Assembly (NCBI GenBank): GCA_946623205.1
Contig: CAMOQV010000002.1
Span: forward strand, 1-38,566
DNA: 38,566 bases
Direction of reading: 5' to 3'
Source of the DNA: an uncultured Clostridia bacterium
GTDB lineage: Bacteria > Bacillota > Clostridia > Christensenellales > UBA3700
Positions 35,934 to 38,566 of this stretch are shown one piece after another (the first letter of the stretch is position 1; every line of letters starts with the position of its first letter). The translations under genes and the position numbers were made by a program. The notes under the pieces were generated by a model, which did no database searches, was not told where the DNA came from, and was given only the letters and a program-made list of their open reading frames with translations.

Positions 35934-36701
35934 ATGATGGGTGGTAACGCTATACAAATAGTTGAAAGGCAAAAGAAAAAAGAAGAAAGACGTAAGAAAT
36001 GGCTTGAATATATTCTTCAAGAATCTATGCATGCTGCAAAAAGTATTGGGGATGTAGATTTAAGAATATTATGTGTAAAGACAATGCTTATTGAAAAAGG
36101 TATGAAAGATATAGATGCAGATGTAGCAGCTAAATGTGCTATATATAAGCAAGAAAAAGAAAGATCTAAAAGACGGTTAACATTTTGTAAACATAGATAT
36201 TTAGAAGAGTTCAATTATTATGCAACATTTACTTATGATGAAAACAAGTTAAGTGAGAAAAGATTTAAAAGAAAGTTATTAAGAAAACTAAAGAGATTTT
36301 CAAAGCGAAAAGGATGGAAATATTTAGGAGTATGGGAAAGAACAAAAGAATCTAAAAGATTGTATTTCTATGGTCTTGTATATATTCCAGATAAAAAGCT
36401 TGTTGGAAAATTCATAAAAGTAAACGATTTTAATTTCAAAGCGCATAAGCCTAAAGAGGTCATACAAAACACATATTTCAATAAAAAGTTTGGACGATGT
36501 ACTTTTGAAGAAATAAACGCTCAATATTTGCCTAAGACTATGGTAAGAATGGTAAAGCATTTAATGAATGTAAAAGATAGCCCTGTATCTTCAAAGAATA
36601 TCCCAAGCTCAACATTAAATGATCTAAGCTATACAACATTTAAATGTTTAAAAGAAGGGGATGAATATATAGGGCAATTAGAAAAGCGTTTTAAATGCTA
36701 A
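35934..36701 (+). CDS. Rolling-circle Rep-like protein with non-canonical motifs
   Basis: ATFTYD (36222-36239) resembles Rep motif I. A basic stretch is followed by KYLGVWERTKESKRLYFYGLVY, where YFY (36363-36371) occupies the HUH position. AGGAGG precedes ATG 35934/35937; the listed TTG 35835 start lies inside the iterons. Confidence 0.5.
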   Translation: MMGGNAIQIVERQKKKEERRKKWLEYILQESMHAAKSIGDVDLRILCVKTMLIEKGMKDIDADVAAKCAIYKQEKERSKRRLTFCKHRYLEEFNYYATFTYDENKLSEKRFKRKLLRKLKRFSKRKGWKYLGVWERTKESKRLYFYGLVYIPDKKLVGKFIKVNDFNFKAHKPKEVIQNTYFNKKFGRCTFEEINAQYLPKTMVRMVKHLMNVKDSPVSSKNIPSSTLNDLSYTTFKCLKEGDEYIGQLEKRFKC

Positions 36702-36721
36702 ATATTTAAATATATATTCTC

Positions 36722-36734
36722 GTATCAAGACAAG
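36722..36734 (+). repeat. Copy 1 of the GTATCAAGACAAG motif (extended similarity to copy 3)
   Basis: gtatcaagacaagcgacacgcccatcaccacttgg, compared with copy 3 gtatcaagacaagcacacgtctcattaccactgg. Confidence 0.8.
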
Positions 36735-36764
36735 CGACACGCCCATCACCACTTGGAGGTAAAA

Positions 36765-37007
36765 ATGAAATTTAAAGAGAAACTTATGAAAGCAAAAAAT
36801 TGGTTAACAGAACAACAAAAAGAATATGATGAAGGATTACTTCGAAGATACAATCGAGGCTATATTGAAAGTAGGAACATGAATTGGTTTGAGTTGCATA
36901 GAGCAAAGAAACTAGCAAGAAGAAAATTCAGACAACAGCTAAAAGACTTATTTAAAGATATGGCAAAAGATATTAAAGACGTGTGGAAACATCGGAAAGG
37001 TAAATAA
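36765..37007 (+). CDS. Small basic helical protein (80 aa), unknown function
   Basis: GGAGG lies 5 nt upstream of ATG 36765. The sequence is K/R-rich (RAKKLARRKFRQQLK). Confidence 0.5.
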   Translation: MKFKEKLMKAKNWLTEQQKEYDEGLLRRYNRGYIESRNMNWFELHRAKKLARRKFRQQLKDLFKDMAKDIKDVWKHRKGK

Positions 37008-37010
37008 CTA

Positions 37011-37026
37011 CTTGTATCAAGACAAG
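37011..37026 (+). repeat. Copy 2 of the CTTGTATCAAGACAAG hairpin motif
   Basis: Exact 16-mer, identical to copy 3. CTTGT/ACAAG arms can pair. Confidence 0.85.
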
Positions 37027-37107
37027 TCCGCGTACTAAATGATTTTGCGAAATCCCGACTAAATATTTAATCGACTCAACCCATACCTAAAACAAAAAAA
37101 ATAGATA

Positions 37108-37240
37108 TAGAGCGCGAAAGTGGAAAAAGGGCTTTTCCACTCGCGTCTCCTACACCCAGGGCGAGCGAGAAATTTAGCGGGACGCGTGCTTGTCGACGAC
37201 GAGCGAAGCGAGGCGCTTGTATCAAGACAAGCACACGTCT
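37108..37240. other. GC-rich, highly structured non-coding island (candidate ncRNA or single-strand origin)
   Basis: My hand count gives about 59% G+C over 37111-37220, in an AT-rich context. Hairpin CGCGA-aa-GTGGAAAA-agggc-TTTTCCAC-TCGCG (37113-37145). A 14-nt inverted repeat GACGCGTGCTTGTC (37181-37194) / GACAAGCACACGTC (37226-37239) has one mismatch. No ORF spans the region. Confidence 0.5.
37216..37231 (+). repeat. Copy 3 of the CTTGTATCAAGACAAG hairpin motif
   Basis: Exact 16-mer, 205 nt after copy 2. Confidence 0.85.
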
Positions 37241-37345
37241 CATTACCACTGGCAATTAAACAGCATTAGCGCTGACACTTCAGTATTGTTCTGAAAGTTG
37301 AGTACATGTTATAATTTTAATCGGCATTAAATATTGAGGTATGCT

Positions 37346-38566
37346 ATGAATAGTGCTTTAATTGATGAATATAAAATCCATATTATAAATGGTAAAAGGT
37401 ATTACGAGTATGATATGACTATACCTATGACTCATTTAGATGAAAATATTCCATATCTATTTAAATATAAAGATATTGAAATAATTGCATCTTCATGGGC
37501 AAAAATGACAATTGAAATATTAAAGGCTATCGATAGTATTAATCCAAAGACCGAAGAAGAATTGTTGGGTATTCGCTATGATTGGACGAAAACTGAAATT
37601 TTTTCGAAAGAGAAGAAAACAAATTATACTCAATATAAAAATTTATATTTAAATACAAATCATACAGCAACTCATTCAATGATGAATATCCAGGGGCTAT
37701 TAAAGGCATTTGGGATTGACTTGGCAAGTTGTTTCTTTTTATTAAGAAAGCACTATGCCGTTGAACCATTGGAAGTAAAGACTGAGGTTAGAGCAGAAGC
37801 AATAGCAAACTTTTCGAAAATGCTCAAGATTAAGGGATATAGTGACAGTAGCATTGAAAAATTGATTAATAATTTTGTTCCGATAAATAGAATATTAGCT
37901 AAAGTGAGTTCGGGGTTTGATGACTTTTTCTTATTTGATGATTATAATGCTTTTTGTAATTACGAAAATCGTGTTAAAGAGTATTTGATTAAAAAGACGT
38001 ATTCAGAAGCAGATGAAACTTTTAGGATTATTAAGCGTTGTTTAAAAAAGCTGGAAGAATTTTATAAATATAGAGAATTTTATGAATACATTATTGATAA
38101 TTCAGTAAACAAAGACTTAATTGTTTTGCTACATAAAGAGTTGGAATATTTATTTTCAACGTTAAATACACATGTTATAGTTGCAAATAAATTGTATGCT
38201 AGAATGAAAATGTTGTATTCGGAAGAAATGAAAGCTTTGGGTAGTATAAACAACACTTCTGGGGTTTTCTTATTGATTAAGACTTATTATGGGACTAAGT
38301 ATTACTGTCATGAGCCATATATCTCTAATGATCCAAATATAAAATTATCAAACGAAGATATAATACTGTCATATATATATTCTCTAGATGAAGTTACAAT
38401 TCCTATGATAAACCAGTTTTCGGATTCTATGCATTTAAAACGACTTAGCAATTATCTAAAACTTTTTGATGATTTATCAAAAGATTATATACAGACCGAA
38501 TGTGCAAAAATGGTAAAAGTAAAAAGTCTAAAAATCAGTCAAGATGTCATAGATCAAATTAAAAAT
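37346..38566 (+). CDS. Large protein of unknown function, open at the window edge (>=407 aa; not in the ORF track)
   Basis: My translation from ATG 37346 (MNSALIDEYKIHIINGKRYYEYDMTIPMTHLDENIPYLFKYKD...) runs without a stop to position 38566. A GAGGT lies upstream at 37336-37340. Confidence 0.7.
   Translation, partial: MNSALIDEYKIHIINGKRYYEYDMTIPMTHLDENIPYLFKYKDIEIIASSWAKMTIEILKAIDSINPKTEEELLGIRYDWTKTEIFSKEKKTNYTQYKNLYLNTNHTATHSMMNIQGLLKAFGIDLASCFFLLRKHYAVEPLEVKTEVRAEAIANFSKMLKIKGYSDSSIEKLINNFVPINRILAKVSSGFDDFFLFDDYNAFCNYENRVKEYLIKKTYSEADETFRIIKRCLKKLEEFYKYREFYEYIIDNSVNKDLIVLLHKELEYLFSTLNTHVIVANKLYARMKMLYSEEMKALGSINNTSGVFLLIKTYYGTKYYCHEPYISNDPNIKLSNEDIILSYIYSLDEVTIPMINQFSDSMHLKRLSNYLKLFDDLSKDYIQTECAKMVKVKSLKISQDVIDQIKN

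Larger units (their letters stand above)
33870..38566. mobile_element. Left part of an integrated element (serine recombinase, ori-like repeats, Rep-like gene, cargo); right end lies outside the window
   Basis: A large serine recombinase sits at the junction with ordinary chromosomal genes, followed by iterons, a Rep-like gene and unknown ORFs. The exact att site is not identifiable from one copy. Confidence 0.55.

Noticed and set aside
37008-37345. Considered a retron msr/msd, a tRNA/tmRNA or a self-cleaving ribozyme for the GC-rich structured island.
   Set aside because: No reverse transcriptase (no YxDD) is visible in the adjacent ORF. There is no cloverleaf or GGTTCGAATCC-type T-loop, and no CUGAUGA...GAAA hammerhead core. 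It is kept as an unassigned structured element rather than given a named class.
29676-37769. Shadow ORFs 29676-29909, 31330-31554, 32392-32592, 32622-32843, 34009-34269, 34223-34669, 36017-36214, 36324-36560 and 37539-37769.
   Set aside because: They are antisense to the oxidoreductase, Vps62-like, GH26, recombinase, Rep-like and terminal unknown ORFs, with no independent support.

Overview
AT-rich (about one-third G+C by eye) chromosomal segment that looks like a low-GC Gram-positive (Bacillota-type) genome, based on a T-box leader, luxS, an AgrC-like/LytTR pair, lipobox lipoproteins and many TAATG stop/start overlaps. No rRNA, tRNA or CRISPR array was seen. Left third (1-14.5 kb): XRE regulator, a 1163-aa FN3 + GLUG/beta-helix lipoprotein, GNAT, two sodium:solute symporters (one behind a T-box leader whose specifier reads UAC), HAD hydrolase, Fe-alcohol dehydrogenase, an odd GtrA/acidic-repeat/2xYegP fusion, proS, luxS. 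Centre (14.6-22.7 kb): a consensus promoter preceded by a 21-nt-spaced direct repeat drives what looks like one tightly coupled 7-gene operon. It encodes a LytTR response regulator, an AgrC-like kinase, an RF1 paralog that keeps GGQ but has lost the PxT codon-reading loop, an 800-aa SF1/UvrD-like helicase with unassigned termini, a 237-aa coiled-coil protein, a 620-aa single-pass membrane protein with a GLUG/beta-helix ectodomain, and a 74-aa two-TM protein. This is my best candidate for an undescribed system, though its function is only inferred. Right third: TetR, feoA-feoA-feoB plus a 53-aa Cys-rich membrane peptide missing from the ORF track, a ZIP transporter, GT4 + acyltransferase, an oxidoreductase, a Vps62-like protein, a GH26 lipoprotein and a membrane protein. 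From about 33.9 kb to the window end lies part of an integrated element: a large serine recombinase, a nested inverted-repeat/iteron region, a Rep-like protein whose HUH position reads YFY, a small basic protein, three copies of a hairpin motif around a GC-rich structured island, and a >=407-aa open-ended ORF absent from the ORF track.
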